A stretch of 32,000 bases of DNA, taken from Desulfotalea psychrophila LSv54. GTDB taxonomy: Bacteria > Desulfobacterota > Desulfobulbia > Desulfobulbales > Desulfocapsaceae. Numbering within the stretch: position 1 is the stretch's first letter; every line of letters starts with the position of its first letter. The stretch lies in the NCBI RefSeq assembly GCF_000025945.1, contig NC_006138.1, positions 1,830,001 through 1,862,000 on the forward strand. The letters are read 5' to 3'. The translations under genes and the position numbers were made by a program. The notes under the pieces were generated by a model, which saw only the letters and a list, made by a program, of their open reading frames with translations, made no database searches and was not told the origin of the DNA. Below, piece by piece: positions 23,032-32,000 of this stretch.

Positions 23032-23243
23032 GAACTGTACCATCAATGACGTCCCCCTCTAGTGAGGCCAAGAGGCCTCCAAAGGAGGGGGCTTGAAAAA
23101 TTGTGCTTTTCAATAAAGGTCGAGGCAGACGAAAAATTTTACCAGAGGTGTATATGTAATACCGGAGTCTACGCTTACCTCCGATATTAAATTTTTCGCC
23201 TAACAAAGAGATTTGCAGAAAAGGCTATTTTTCAAGTTCCCTA

Positions 23244-26200
23244 TTACTTGATGAGAGAGAGAGCCATCTGCGGTGCCTGCTTAGCCTGAGCAAGAATAGA
23301 AACACCTGCCTGCTGCAGGATGTTCTGCTTGGTCATCTCTGAAGTCTCTTTAGCGATATCGGTATCAAGGATACGAGAACGAGCCGCAGAGAGGTTTTCA
23401 GAAACGTTGTTAAGATTACTGATGGTGGAGGTGAAACGGTTCTGAACCGCACCGAGCTTACCACGCATCTGATCAATATCCATCAGGGCCTCATCAACAG
23501 AGGTGATGGCAGTGTTGGCAGAATCACGGGTGAGGATGTCCAGCTTGTCGATGGTGGTGCTACCGTTACCGATATTGTTAAGACCTGCCTCTTTAAGACC
23601 AGAACCGGTGAGGGTTACGTCAACGGGGCTGTCGATCTCTACCTGGCCGACAAACTTCTTGGCTGCGTTATCTACCCCGACAAGACCATCGGTGATAACC
23701 CCATCATCTTTGGTATCGCCATCCTTGTCAACCATCTCGGTGATCTTGAAGGAGCTACCGTCGTTGCGGCTCACCTGCAACTGTCCGTCCTCGTCCACCT
23801 TGGCAGAGAACTTCGCGGTGGTAGCGGCATCGGAGTTGATAGCTGTTGCCACATCTTCTGCAGTGACGTGACCATCGCGCTTGGCAGAACTCATATCGAC
23901 CTTGAACTCAGTACCATCGTCTCCGGTCAGGGTCAGATTATAGTCACCCACAACACCCGGATCAACCCGACCCGCCTCAAGACCCGCCTTGCTGGGATCA
24001 TCACCGGCGATGATTATAGAGGTATCGCTCTCCAGGCTGACAGTACCACGGAGATCACGGCCATCTGCCACAGTGTCAGCAAGGCCAATCTTGTTAGCAG
24101 CAGCTTCCTTGCTGTCAATGTCTTCGTTGAGGGTGAAGTTGGAACCACCGGCCTTGGTAATGATAATGTTGCCGGTTTCCTTGTCATCCTTATCAAGTTC
24201 AGCTATTGCACTGAAACCATCGGCATTTTTGTTGATGGCAGCGATAACATTTTGGGAGGTAACACTATGGGTGTCATCGTCGGTGCTTACTGCATCGTCG
24301 CCTGCATCCAAAGTGGTCGCTACGGCAATTTCAGCCCCGCCAATCTGCAGGGTATAGCTGCCATCGGCCCCGAGTTTTACCTCGTCAAATTTAACAGTCT
24401 GGCTGTTGGTGGCGGTGGCCGTAATATCGGCATCGGTCTTCTGGATCTGGGCGGCAATAGCTGCTGCATCACCCTCCACTGCCCCAACATCCTCACCGTT
24501 GATGGTCAGATCACCGGCATTAAGTGGACCGGTTACTGAGCTCTCACCACCGGTGCTTGCAACATTCCCAACAATAGGAGCTGGTACCTCATATACACCC
24601 GCCACAAGGCCATCGCCAACTTTAATATCAGCACCAGCACCCATGGCAATGGTTACATCGCTGTCATTGGCGATGGTAACATTTACAGCCGTTGCCGCAT
24701 AATCTACACCGGCCCCACCAACACCTTCTACCAAACCAGCAACAGAAGTAAGAGCAGTATCTGCACCACTACCGTCAGCCTTATTATTAGTGAATTCTGT
24801 AAGGTTAAATGTTGCCCCATCTTTACTCTCAATTACAAGATTACCCGTTGTTACATCAACAGAAGCCTTAAACTCCTCTGTCTCTTTGAACGTCTCATTG
24901 ATTGCAGCAGCAACATCGCCAGCGTCAACCTCACTATCTACATCACCACCAATGATAACATTTGCTGCAACACCACCATCTGTCTCAAGAGTTAATTTAT
25001 AGGACGCATCTACTGCCAAAGTGACATCAGCTGCCCACGCCAAACTCTGCTTATTCTCAAGAGAGGCTGTTACTCCTTCAACTGCTGCTGTATTAATAGC
25101 GTCGACAAGAGTTGCTTTTTCGGCATCAAGAGTGATAATCTCTTCACCACCAATGGTCAGATCACCGGACACAAGTGTGTCCGTTGGCACTGCAGTCATG
25201 ATGGTTGGCGCAGTTGGGTCAACCGCAGGGGCAGGAGGAGCCTCGGTATTGTATGTAGCTCCTGCATAACTGTCCAAAGCTACTGCACCAGCAGTAGTGG
25301 TTTCAACCACAATGTCTTGCTCACCGGAGAAAGTAAGGTCCACTCCATTTGCTTTCTGCAAAACAGCAGTAGCAGTTGGTAGTGCCGTGAATCCTCCAGC
25401 TAAGACACTAGCTCCGTCAGTTTGAGTTTGTTTTATATTAAACGCCTTCCCATCCTCAGACGTAATGGTAATCTCAGTACCAGCAACATTTTTTACGGCA
25501 CTATACCCGGCAATATCGTCAAATGCAGCTATAACATCATCTACACTAGCATTGTCGGTACCTGTAGCAACGTCTACACTTATTGGGTTTGCATCTGCAG
25601 CATCGCTTATCGTTAACTTCATACCTGAACTTGAGGTCGTAACACCCCAAGCCAAAACTGTGCTGTTGGTCGTTTCTGCAGTAACACCATCAATGTCACT
25701 TATTGCTGCTGCAAGGGCGGTGGCATCACCTTTAGCTATTAGGTTCAAGTCAGTAATTGCCGCCGCGGCTTCAGCACCAATTTTAAGATCATCCACAGCA
25801 AATGTAGTTGCATCTGTAGTGTCTGTAATAGCCAAAGAGACAGTTGTATTCTCGCGAGCAAGAGGGGCTGCCTCGTCAGTCTTAGGCCCGGTAATAGAGA
25901 GATTTACCGTGTTAAAATCAAAGCTTTGGTTATTAACGGCCTTGGCCTCAACCGAGGAGTCGGCAGCAGAGATGGCTGCAGCCAGCTCCTTATTGTTGGT
26001 GGCGGCACCCACATCATTGCCGTTTACCTGAATGGTGCCAGCGGCCACGGAACCGGTCATGGTGCTGCCGGTTATGCCGTTACCAGCGGGGGCGTCAAGA
26101 CTACGACCGTCCTGACTGAGGTCAGCGCCCTTGCTACTCTCAATACTAAAGGAGATGGTTTGGTTTTTACCGGCATTGGAACCTACCTGAAAGGTTGCAT

Positions 26201-26630
26201 CCTGCAGGGTGCCGTCGAGTACCTTCTTACCATTGAATTCGGTGGTATCGGCAATACGATCCAGCTCACTCTTCAGCTGCTGTACCTCATCGTTCAGGGA
26301 TGCACGATCGGAACCGGTGTTGGTATCGTTGGAAGATTGAACAGCCAATTCACGAATACGTTGCAGGATATTGGTGGATTCTTGCAGAGCACCCTCAGCG
26401 GTTTGCGCCATGGAAATACCATCGTTGGCATTTCGGGTTGCCTGATTAAGGCCACGCACCTGCGAGGTCATTCGATCGGAAATTGCCAGTCCAGCAGCAT
26501 CATCCTTGGCACTGTTAATACGCAGACCAGAGGAGAGTCTCTCCATGGAGGTGCCGAGAGAACCCTGAGATTTGTTTAAATTACGTTGAGCGTTGAGAGA
26601 TGCAACATTGGTATTAATGGAAAGAGCCAT
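23244..26630 (-). CDS. fliC: Giant flagellin (1128 aa) with conserved N and C flagellin domains and a modular central region of about 900 aa
   Basis: N-terminus: [55 protein letters not shown]-terminus: [69 protein letters not shown]. The centre is Cys-free and rich in A, T, D, G and V, with recurring motifs of the Flagellin-IN type. Confidence 0.93.
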   Translation of the reverse strand: MALSINTNVASLNAQRNLNKSQGSLGTSMERLSSGLRINSAKDDAAGLAISDRMTSQVRGLNQATRNANDGISMAQTAEGALQESTNILQRIRELAVQSSNDTNTGSDRASLNDEVQQLKSELDRIADTTEFNGKKVLDGTLQDATFQVGSNAGKNQTISFSIESSKGADLSQDGRSLDAPAGNGITGSTMTGSVAAGTIQVNGNDVGAATNNKELAAAISAADSSVEAKAVNNQSFDFNTVNLSITGPKTDEAAPLARENTTVSLAITDTTDATTFAVDDLKIGAEAAAAITDLNLIAKGDATALAAAISDIDGVTAETTNSTVLAWGVTTSSSGMKLTISDAADANPISVDVATGTDNASVDDVIAAFDDIAGYSAVKNVAGTEITITSEDGKAFNIKQTQTDGASVLAGGFTALPTATAVLQKANGVDLTFSGEQDIVVETTTAGAVALDSYAGATYNTEAPPAPAVDPTAPTIMTAVPTDTLVSGDLTIGGEEIITLDAEKATLVDAINTAAVEGVTASLENKQSLAWAADVTLAVDASYKLTLETDGGVAANVIIGGDVDSEVDAGDVAAAINETFKETEEFKASVDVTTGNLVIESKDGATFNLTEFTNNKADGSGADTALTSVAGLVEGVGGAGVDYAATAVNVTIANDSDVTIAMGAGADIKVGDGLVAGVYEVPAPIVGNVASTGGESSVTGPLNAGDLTINGEDVGAVEGDAAAIAAQIQKTDADITATATNSQTVKFDEVKLGADGSYTLQIGGAEIAVATTLDAGDDAVSTDDDTHSVTSQNVIAAINKNADGFSAIAELDKDDKETGNIIITKAGGSNFTLNEDIDSKEAAANKIGLADTVADGRDLRGTVSLESDTSIIIAGDDPSKAGLEAGRVDPGVVGDYNLTLTGDDGTEFKVDMSSAKRDGHVTAEDVATAINSDAATTAKFSAKVDEDGQLQVSRNDGSSFKITEMVDKDGDTKDDGVITDGLVGVDNAAKKFVGQVEIDSPVDVTLTGSGLKEAGLNNIGNGSTTIDKLDILTRDSANTAITSVDEALMDIDQMRGKLGAVQNRFTSTISNLNNVSENLSAARSRILDTDIAKETSEMTKQNILQQAGVSILAQAKQAPQMALSLIK

Positions 26631-26659
26631 TATGTGTTTCCTCCGTGATAAAAAAAATC

Positions 26660-26673
26660 GGGCATCCTTGCCC
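26660..26673 (-). promoter_or_regulatory. CsrA-type binding hairpin in the fliC leader (GGA presented in the loop), paired with a GGA-containing SD
   Basis: Minus strand: GGGCA-AGGA-TGCCC, then CGATTTTTTTTATCAC-GGAGG-AAACACATA-ATG. This is the two-site architecture (hairpin-loop GGA plus SD GGA) known from the B. subtilis hag leader. Confidence 0.4.
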
Positions 26674-26868
26674 TGCTGTTTGGGTGTCTGCCTGATGCAA
26701 ACGACCCGGTATGTTTTACTGCCTGCTACCTAAGAGTACCTGCAGAAAAATCATTTTTCTGCAATTACCCCGTAAAATCTTTACTACCCTGCTTGGAAAT
26801 TCGCGCCAACTTCACCCCCTTCATGGTTGTGATGTATTTGCTTTATAAACTTCATCAAATCTCAAATA

Positions 26869-26895
26869 GTATCGGAGATTTAAATAAAGACTTAA
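26869..26895 (-). promoter_or_regulatory. Sigma28 (FliA)-type promoter of fliC
   Basis: Minus strand: TTAAGTCT-N11-TCCGATAC against the consensus TAAAGTTT-N11-GCCGATAA. That is 6 of 8 plus 6 of 8 matches with exact 11-nt spacing, and implies a leader of about 230 nt. Confidence 0.55.
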
Positions 26896-27020
26896 ATAAT
26901 TTCCTTAATTACCGTCTCGGTTAGACGTGAGAAAGACTTTAGCTTTTTTTTCATAAAAAAGACAATTTTTTATTAAATATTTTAACAGGTTGATGTAAGG
27001 TGCTTTTTTCTGGTGTGCAT

Positions 27021-27067
27021 TCTCCTCCCCTTTTTCAAGGGGGAGGAGGGAGGGGGATATTCTCCCC
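27021..27067 (+). repeat. G-rich box, copy 2
   Basis: TCTCCTCCCCTTTTTCAAGGGGGAGGAGGGAGGGGGATATTCTCCCC. Confidence 0.7.
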
Positions 27068-27197
27068 AGAAGCAATGCCTCACCTCTATCCAATCCCTGC
27101 CAAACAACAGATCACTCTGGATAATAAAATTTCCCAATGATTCTTGAAAAGGCTAAAAATTTAAGCCATCCTCTAAAAAGAACCTCTCCGCGGATGA

Positions 27198-27580
27198 GTG
27201 AGGAGCTGGTTAACAAGGAGATGGGGGCATTTCATGTGTGAAAAGAAAAAGATTTTCAATATTCCACAGCAGAGTAAACTGCGACGGGAACTCCGCAATA
27301 ATATGCCTGAGCCGGAGAGACGGCTTTGGCAGCGGCTCCGCAACAGGCAGTTGGGGGTGAAGTTTCGTCGCCAGCAGGGCATTGGCCGATATATTACGAA
27401 ATCAGTCCAGAGCAGAAACTTGTAATTGAGCTTGATGGCGATAGCCACTGGACTGAAGAGGCTCAGGACTATGACCGGCAACGGGACAGTGCCATGCGGG
27501 CGGTCGGCCTCAGGGTACTCCGCCTGAGTAACCACGATGTTATGCACAACATCGAAGGGGTTCTATTTTGGGTGAAATAG
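27198..27580 (+). pseudogene. DUF559 (Vsr-like endonuclease fold) gene with a frameshift
   Basis: Frame 1: LRRELRNNMPEPERRLWQRLRNRQLGVKFRRQQGIGRYI. Frame 2 from about 27385: YEISPEQKLVIELDGDSHWTEEAQDYDRQRDSAMRAVGLRVLRLSNHDV. Together these reconstruct the DUF559 pattern (LR...T.aE..LW..LR...KFRRQ..IG.YI.DF......IE.DG..H....D..RD..L...G..VLR). The frame junction is at about 27385-27392 (TATATTAC). Confidence 0.75.
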
Positions 27581-27700
27581 CAGATGGTGCTGGTTGATGG
27601 CTTTGTTAATTTTGGACAGAGGCTTTATTGGGGCGTGGTGTAATTCGTTTTTAGGATAGAGAGAAGAGGGTAATTTGTAGCTATTTTGGCAGTTTGTAAC

Positions 27701-27723
27701 TCCCCCTCCCTCCTCCCCACCTC
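27701..27723 (-). repeat. G-rich box, copy 3 (inverted orientation), abutting repeat copy D
   Basis: TCCCCCTCCCTCCTCCCCACCTC is the reverse complement of GAGGTGGGGAGGAGGGAGGGGGA. Confidence 0.7.
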
Positions 27724-27797
27724 GTAGAGACGTCGATTTATCGCGTCTCCGATGTACCCGGCAGCGCACATGAGACGCGATGAATCGACGTCTCTAC
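27724..27797. repeat. Dispersed palindromic repeat, copy D: a full 26-bp-arm palindrome containing the dnaE stop codon
   Basis: GTAGAGACGTCGATTTATCGCGTCTC (27724-27749), 22-nt loop, GAGACGCGATGAATCGACGTCTCTAC (27772-27797); 25 of 26 positions are complementary. The dnaE TAG is at 27794-27796. Confidence 0.9.
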
Positions 27798-30700
27798 TTA
27801 TCTTTTTTGGGAACCCATTTTTTTTTCCGGGCTGGCAGATCAATGGCCTTCTTGCTGAAGAAGAGGGCCTGATAACCGAGAATCTCCTCTACTCCGTCGG
27901 AAAGTTGCCGGCATGGGCGTAGGGTCATATCCCCTGTTACATCGATATCTACCTCGCCCTTCTGGGGGATTTTGAGGGTGATACCCACCGGACAGTTGCC
28001 GTGGTAGCCGTAGAAATGTTTTTTTATCTTTTCCAGTTTCATCCGGTCAAGTCCCTCGGCTTGCAGGCGCAGGCTGACCTTATCGGTATATTTTTCCCGT
28101 GCCTGTTGGATGGTGTCGATTCGCTCGGCGATGATCTTCGGGCCTCGCTCAGTCTGCTGTACCCTGCCAAGTACGACGATGGGTTCCGTACCCTCAAGGA
28201 TCTCCTCACATTCGGCATAGGTGCGGGGAAAGACCACCACCTCCACCGCCTCAAAAATATCTTCGATGGTGATAAAGGCCATGGCATCGCCCTTTTGGCT
28301 CCGATGCTTTTTATAGGTACGTACCAGTCCGCCAATACGCACCGCCTGATCCTCATCCTTATCGACAAGGTCGTGGATTTGGGCGTCGATGATGGTCTTC
28401 AGCTCTGGCATAACATCGTCTAAGGGGTGGCCGGTGATATAAAAACCTACAGTCTCCTTTTCAAAGAGTAGCTTCTGCTTATCGCTCCACTCCTCCATGT
28501 CGGGCATATGTAGGCTGTTTACCTCCTGATCTTTTTGTCCAGCGCTGGGTTGGGCCACGGCAAAAAGAGATATCTGACCACTCTGTTTATCTCTTTGCAC
28601 GGCCTTGGCCTGTTCCATGGCCTTTTCTAACACCTCGATAAACTGTGACCGTTTATAGCCCAGAGAATCAAAGGAACCAGATTTAACCAGGGATTCGATG
28701 ACCCGTGAATTTACCTTGCGGGAGTCTACCCGGTTACAAAAATCACTGATGGAGGTATAGGGCCCGTCTGCCTGTCGTTCTTCGATGATGGAATCCAGGG
28801 CTGCCCCACCAACATTTTTCACTGCGGCCATACCAAAACGGATCCGGTCGTTGATAACGGTGAAATCCTTGAAGCTCTCGTTGATATCAGGGGGTAAGAC
28901 CTCTATATGCTGCTCTTTGCACTCATTGATATAACGCACCACCTTATCGGTGTTGTTCATATCGCAGGAGAGCAGGGCCGCCATAAATTGGGCGGGGTGG
29001 TGGGCCTTGAGATAGGCCGTCTGGTAGGAGACCAGGGCGTAGGCTGCGGAGTGGGATTTATTAAATCCGTAACCGGCAAACTTGGCCATGAGATCAAAGA
29101 CATATTCGGCCTTGTCCAGGGGCACCTCGTTTTTTTCCGCCCCCTCCATAAACTTGACCTTCTCCTCGTCCATTACCGCAGCGATCTTTTTGCCCATGGC
29201 CCGGCGTAGAATATCGGCATCACCAAGTGAGTAATTGGCAAGGATACTGGCGATCTTCATTACCTGTTCCTGGTAGACGATAACGCCGTAGGTCTCCTCT
29301 AAAACGGGTTTAAGTTGGGGCAGGGGATAGTTGGCTTCGGCCCGACCGTGTTTAGTTTCGACAAAGTCATCCACCATACCGGAATCCAGGGGGCCAGGGC
29401 GATAGAGGGCCACCAGGGCAATGAGATCACTGAACTGTTCCGGTGCCATCTTCACCAACAGTTCCCGCATCCCCTCGCTCTCTAGCTGGAAGACACCCAG
29501 GGCATCACCGCGGCAGAGCAGGTCGAAGGTCTTGGGGTCATCCATGGGGATGGCGTCGATATTAAGCGGAATCTTTTTGTCGGCATGGACGTGCTTGACC
29601 GCCTTATCGATGACGGTCAGGGTCTTAAGACCAAGAAAGTCAAATTTGATAAGTCCCGTCATCTCCGTATGCTTCATATCATACTGGGTGACCCGTTCAT
29701 CCGCTTCACCACCACGGCAGGTGGGCAGATAGTGGGTCATGGGCTCGGGGGAGATAACGACACCGGCCGCATGCACAGAGGTATGACGAGCCAGCCCTTC
29801 CAGCGTTTTCGAGACCGAGATAAGTTCTTGTATCTGTGGATCATTGTCAGCGGCCTCCTGCAGCTTGGGTTCCTCTGCCAGGGCCTTTAACAGGGTCATT
29901 TTTAGCTGGTCGGGCACCAGCTTGGCAATGCGATCCACTTCGGTAAAGGGGATGTCAAGTGCCCGGCCCACATCGCGAATAACGCCTCGGGCCTTCATGG
30001 AACCATAGGTGATAATCTGGGCTACGTGTTCGGCGCCACCGTATTTACGGCGTACATAGTCGATGACCTCTCCGCGGCGATCCTGGCAAAAATCGATATC
30101 AAAATCCGGCATGGACTTTCTTTCAATATTGAGAAATCTCTCAAAGATCAGTCCATAGGGCATGGGATCAATATTGGTGATCTTCATGGCGTAGGCGGCA
30201 ATACTACCGGCACCGGAACCACGGCCGGGCCCTACGGGGATATCCTTGCTCTTGGCCCAGTTGATAAAGTCGGCCACGATAAGGAAGTAACCAGGAAAGC
30301 CCATGGTATTGATAACATCAATCTCCATTTCAAGACGGGCCTTGTAGGTTTTTTCGGTATTGTCCTTATAGCTTCCCAGGGCGCGCATTTCCTCAAAACG
30401 GGTCTCTAAACCCTCCCAACATGCGGTGGTGAACATGGTGGAGAGACTCTCTCCCTCGGGCACGGGAAAATTGGGAAAATAGTAGTCATCGAAGGTGAGC
30501 TCAAGGTTGCATCTGTCGGCAATTTCCTGGGTGCTGGCGATGGCTTCCGGACAGTGATGAAAGGCCCGTTCCATCTCTTTGGGAGATTTAAAATAAAACT
30601 CGTCGGAGGAGAAACGAAAACGATTGGTATCGTTTATAGTCTTACCCATCTGGATACAGAGCAGTACCTCATGGGCATGGGCCTCTTGCCGGTTGAGGTA

Positions 30701-31324
30701 GTGACAATCGTTGGTGGCGACTAGTTTGACTCCCATCTCCTTTGCCAGGATTTTGAGTCCGGCATTTACCGGTTGCTGCTCAGCAATGCTGTTTTCCTGC
30801 AACTCAAAGTAGAGACGATCACCAAATATATCATGGAGCTCCTGAGCCTTTTTCCGGGCCCCGTCCATATCACCCTTCATGATCAGATAGGGTACCTGAC
30901 CGTGCAGACAGGCGGTGAGGGCAATGATTCCCTCGTTATATTCCTGCAACACGGCCATATCAATTCGTGGTTTATAGTAAAAACCGTCGGATTGGGCGAT
31001 ACTGGCCATCTTCATCAGGTTTTGATAACCTGTTTTGTTCATGGCCAGAAGGACGATATGGTAGGCTGTCTGCCCATTGATTTTTTTTTGCTCGCGCATA
31101 TCGCCGGGGGCAATATAGAGTTCACTGCCGACGATGGGTTTTATCCCTGCTTTTTTTGCCTTGGTGTAAAATTCCAGGGCACCATACATGGCCCCGTGGT
31201 CAGTGATGGCCACGCTGTCCATGCCAAATTCTTTGCATTTATCAATGAGATCGGGAAGACGGATGGCCCCGTCTAGAAGGCTGTATTGGGTATGGACATG
31301 AAGATGGGTAAAACCTGCACTCAT
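27794..31324 (-). CDS. dnaE: DNA polymerase III alpha subunit
   Basis: PHP domain FTHLHVHTQYSLLDGA, polymerase core (PDFDIDF, GLIKFDFLGLKTL, RPGPLDSGM, IVYQEQVM, GFNKSHSAAYA) and a C-terminal OB fold. I prefer the start at ATG 31324 (MSAGFTHLH...), which has a GGAG about 9 nt upstream, over the track start at 31393. Confidence 0.97.
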   Translation of the reverse strand: MSAGFTHLHVHTQYSLLDGAIRLPDLIDKCKEFGMDSVAITDHGAMYGALEFYTKAKKAGIKPIVGSELYIAPGDMREQKKINGQTAYHIVLLAMNKTGYQNLMKMASIAQSDGFYYKPRIDMAVLQEYNEGIIALTACLHGQVPYLIMKGDMDGARKKAQELHDIFGDRLYFELQENSIAEQQPVNAGLKILAKEMGVKLVATNDCHYLNRQEAHAHEVLLCIQMGKTINDTNRFRFSSDEFYFKSPKEMERAFHHCPEAIASTQEIADRCNLELTFDDYYFPNFPVPEGESLSTMFTTACWEGLETRFEEMRALGSYKDNTEKTYKARLEMEIDVINTMGFPGYFLIVADFINWAKSKDIPVGPGRGSGAGSIAAYAMKITNIDPMPYGLIFERFLNIERKSMPDFDIDFCQDRRGEVIDYVRRKYGGAEHVAQIITYGSMKARGVIRDVGRALDIPFTEVDRIAKLVPDQLKMTLLKALAEEPKLQEAADNDPQIQELISVSKTLEGLARHTSVHAAGVVISPEPMTHYLPTCRGGEADERVTQYDMKHTEMTGLIKFDFLGLKTLTVIDKAVKHVHADKKIPLNIDAIPMDDPKTFDLLCRGDALGVFQLESEGMRELLVKMAPEQFSDLIALVALYRPGPLDSGMVDDFVETKHGRAEANYPLPQLKPVLEETYGVIVYQEQVMKIASILANYSLGDADILRRAMGKKIAAVMDEEKVKFMEGAEKNEVPLDKAEYVFDLMAKFAGYGFNKSHSAAYALVSYQTAYLKAHHPAQFMAALLSCDMNNTDKVVRYINECKEQHIEVLPPDINESFKDFTVINDRIRFGMAAVKNVGGAALDSIIEERQADGPYTSISDFCNRVDSRKVNSRVIESLVKSGSFDSLGYKRSQFIEVLEKAMEQAKAVQRDKQSGQISLFAVAQPSAGQKDQEVNSLHMPDMEEWSDKQKLLFEKETVGFYITGHPLDDVMPELKTIIDAQIHDLVDKDEDQAVRIGGLVRTYKKHRSQKGDAMAFITIEDIFEAVEVVVFPRTYAECEEILEGTEPIVVLGRVQQTERGPKIIAERIDTIQQAREKYTDKVSLRLQAEGLDRMKLEKIKKHFYGYHGNCPVGITLKIPQKGEVDIDVTGDMTLRPCRQLSDGVEEILGYQALFFSKKAIDLPARKKKWVPKKDK

Positions 31325-31664
31325 TGGGTTTTGCTCCTGCAAAAAAGGTAAACTGGCCCTGCGGGCCTTGAAAAAACGGCTAGTATACAACACTCGCCAC
31401 GGCGAAAAAAGAGGCGAATTCTAAATAAATATTTAAGGTCTGTTTCTTCGTTGTAAGAGGCGGTAAAGATGGAATTAAATAAAAAGTATTTTTTGTCTGC
31501 AAAGAGGAGCTTATTTCCCTCCTTTCTGCCAACTAAAAATAATTTGTACGATTTTTGTACAAGGTGGAGATCACCTTTAGGGGCCTCTGCCCTGAGGATG
31601 GCCAGGAGAGAGGGGTATTCCACCTCCCTCCTGCTCTCAGCTACAACAGGCCTCCATTTGTAAA

Positions 31665-32000
31665 TTATGCGAGAACCTGTTTTTTAAACTCTTCAATACC
31701 AATACGCTCGATGAAGCGGGCTGTTCGTTCCCGTTTCTTAGAGTTATCCAAATAGTATTGGACACATTTTTCCATGAGGGCGAGGAGTGCTTCGTCATTT
31801 AAATCTTCGGCAATAAGGTCAGAAATACGGGCCTGTCTTCCGGAGTGACCGCCAAAAAAGAGGGACCAGCCACTCTTCTTACCGGTAATACCAATATCGC
31901 GGACAGATCCTTCGGCGCAGGTAAAAGGACAGCCGGAAACACCAACCTTCAATTTGGCAGGAAAATCACGTCCGGCCAGGAGCTCTTCAATGTGCTGACC
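31665..32000 (-). CDS. C-terminal part of a nitrite/sulfite reductase family protein (siroheme/[4Fe-4S] domain); the 5' end lies outside the window
   Basis: KVGVSGCPFTCAEGSVRDIGITGKKSGWSLFFGGHSGRQARISDLI...RERTARFIERIGIEEFKKQV resembles the C-terminal cluster-binding segment of NirB/sulfite-reductase hemoproteins. The frame is open to the window edge. Confidence 0.65.
   Translation of the reverse strand, partial: GQHIEELLAGRDFPAKLKVGVSGCPFTCAEGSVRDIGITGKKSGWSLFFGGHSGRQARISDLIAEDLNDEALLALMEKCVQYYLDNSKKRERTARFIERIGIEEFKKQVLA

Noticed and set aside
23503-26579. Many long plus-strand ORFs (for example 23868-24539, 25465-26031, 25926-26579) and short minus-strand ones inside the flagellin gene
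   Set aside because: They are antisense or off-frame shadows of the 1128-aa fliC frame, produced by its Ala/Thr/Gly/Asp-rich codon bias, which avoids stops. They have no start context and no recognisable motifs.
1-32000. Search for a defence island, toxin-antitoxin pair, prophage, reverse transcriptase or retron, CRISPR-Cas, or integrase/transposase
   Set aside because: No ORF carries the corresponding motifs. The only nuclease-like gene is the decayed DUF559 relic. Apart from the 12.9-17.8 kb stretch and the repeat-rich spacers, the window is housekeeping and flagellar genome.

Overview
A 32-kb chromosomal window of roughly 47-48% GC (estimated by eye). The gene content suggests core genome of an anaerobic, flagellated, Desulfobacterota-type (deltaproteobacterial) organism; the taxon is inference only. 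No rRNA, tRNA, CRISPR, transposase, integrase or recognisable defence genes were found.

Gene order, left to right:
- Partial DUF748/AsmA-like gene (-), which runs off the left edge and is missing from the ORF track.
- cdaA-cdaR-glmM operon (+).
- grpE, dnaK and trpS (+).
- Secreted cyclophilin-FKBP dual PPIase (-).
- Two tandem flavodiiron (ROO/FprA-type) paralogs (-).
- Small ferredoxin (+).
- An unusual FeS/CCG (HdrD-like)::TVP38/DedA fusion, followed by a stand-alone TVP38/DedA protein (-).
- Repeat-rich gap.
- ArsM-like SAM methyltransferase with an in-frame TGA at the conserved Cys position (-).
- Twice-frameshifted HAD hydrolase (-).
- Second SAM methyltransferase (-).
- Reverse rubrerythrin (+).
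- Repeat-rich non-coding gap.
- Flagellar filament locus (-): giant 1128-aa flagellin fliC, flaG, fliD, fliS and a FliT-position ORF.
- Frameshifted DUF559 gene (+).
- dnaE (-).
- 3' end of a nitrite/sulfite-reductase-type gene (-).

Most interesting observations:
1. A probable selenocysteine-recoded methyltransferase with a SECIS-like hairpin 11 nt after the UGA.
2. A dispersed two-hairpin palindromic repeat family sitting exactly at gene 3' ends; one copy contains the dnaE stop codon.
3. The HdrD-like::DedA fusion.
4. A shared 12-nt Fur/PerR-type operator in front of the oxidative-stress genes.
5. A modular giant flagellin with a sigma28 promoter and a CsrA-type leader.

Four genes carry frame or start-codon defects. 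These are either real decay or sequencing errors.
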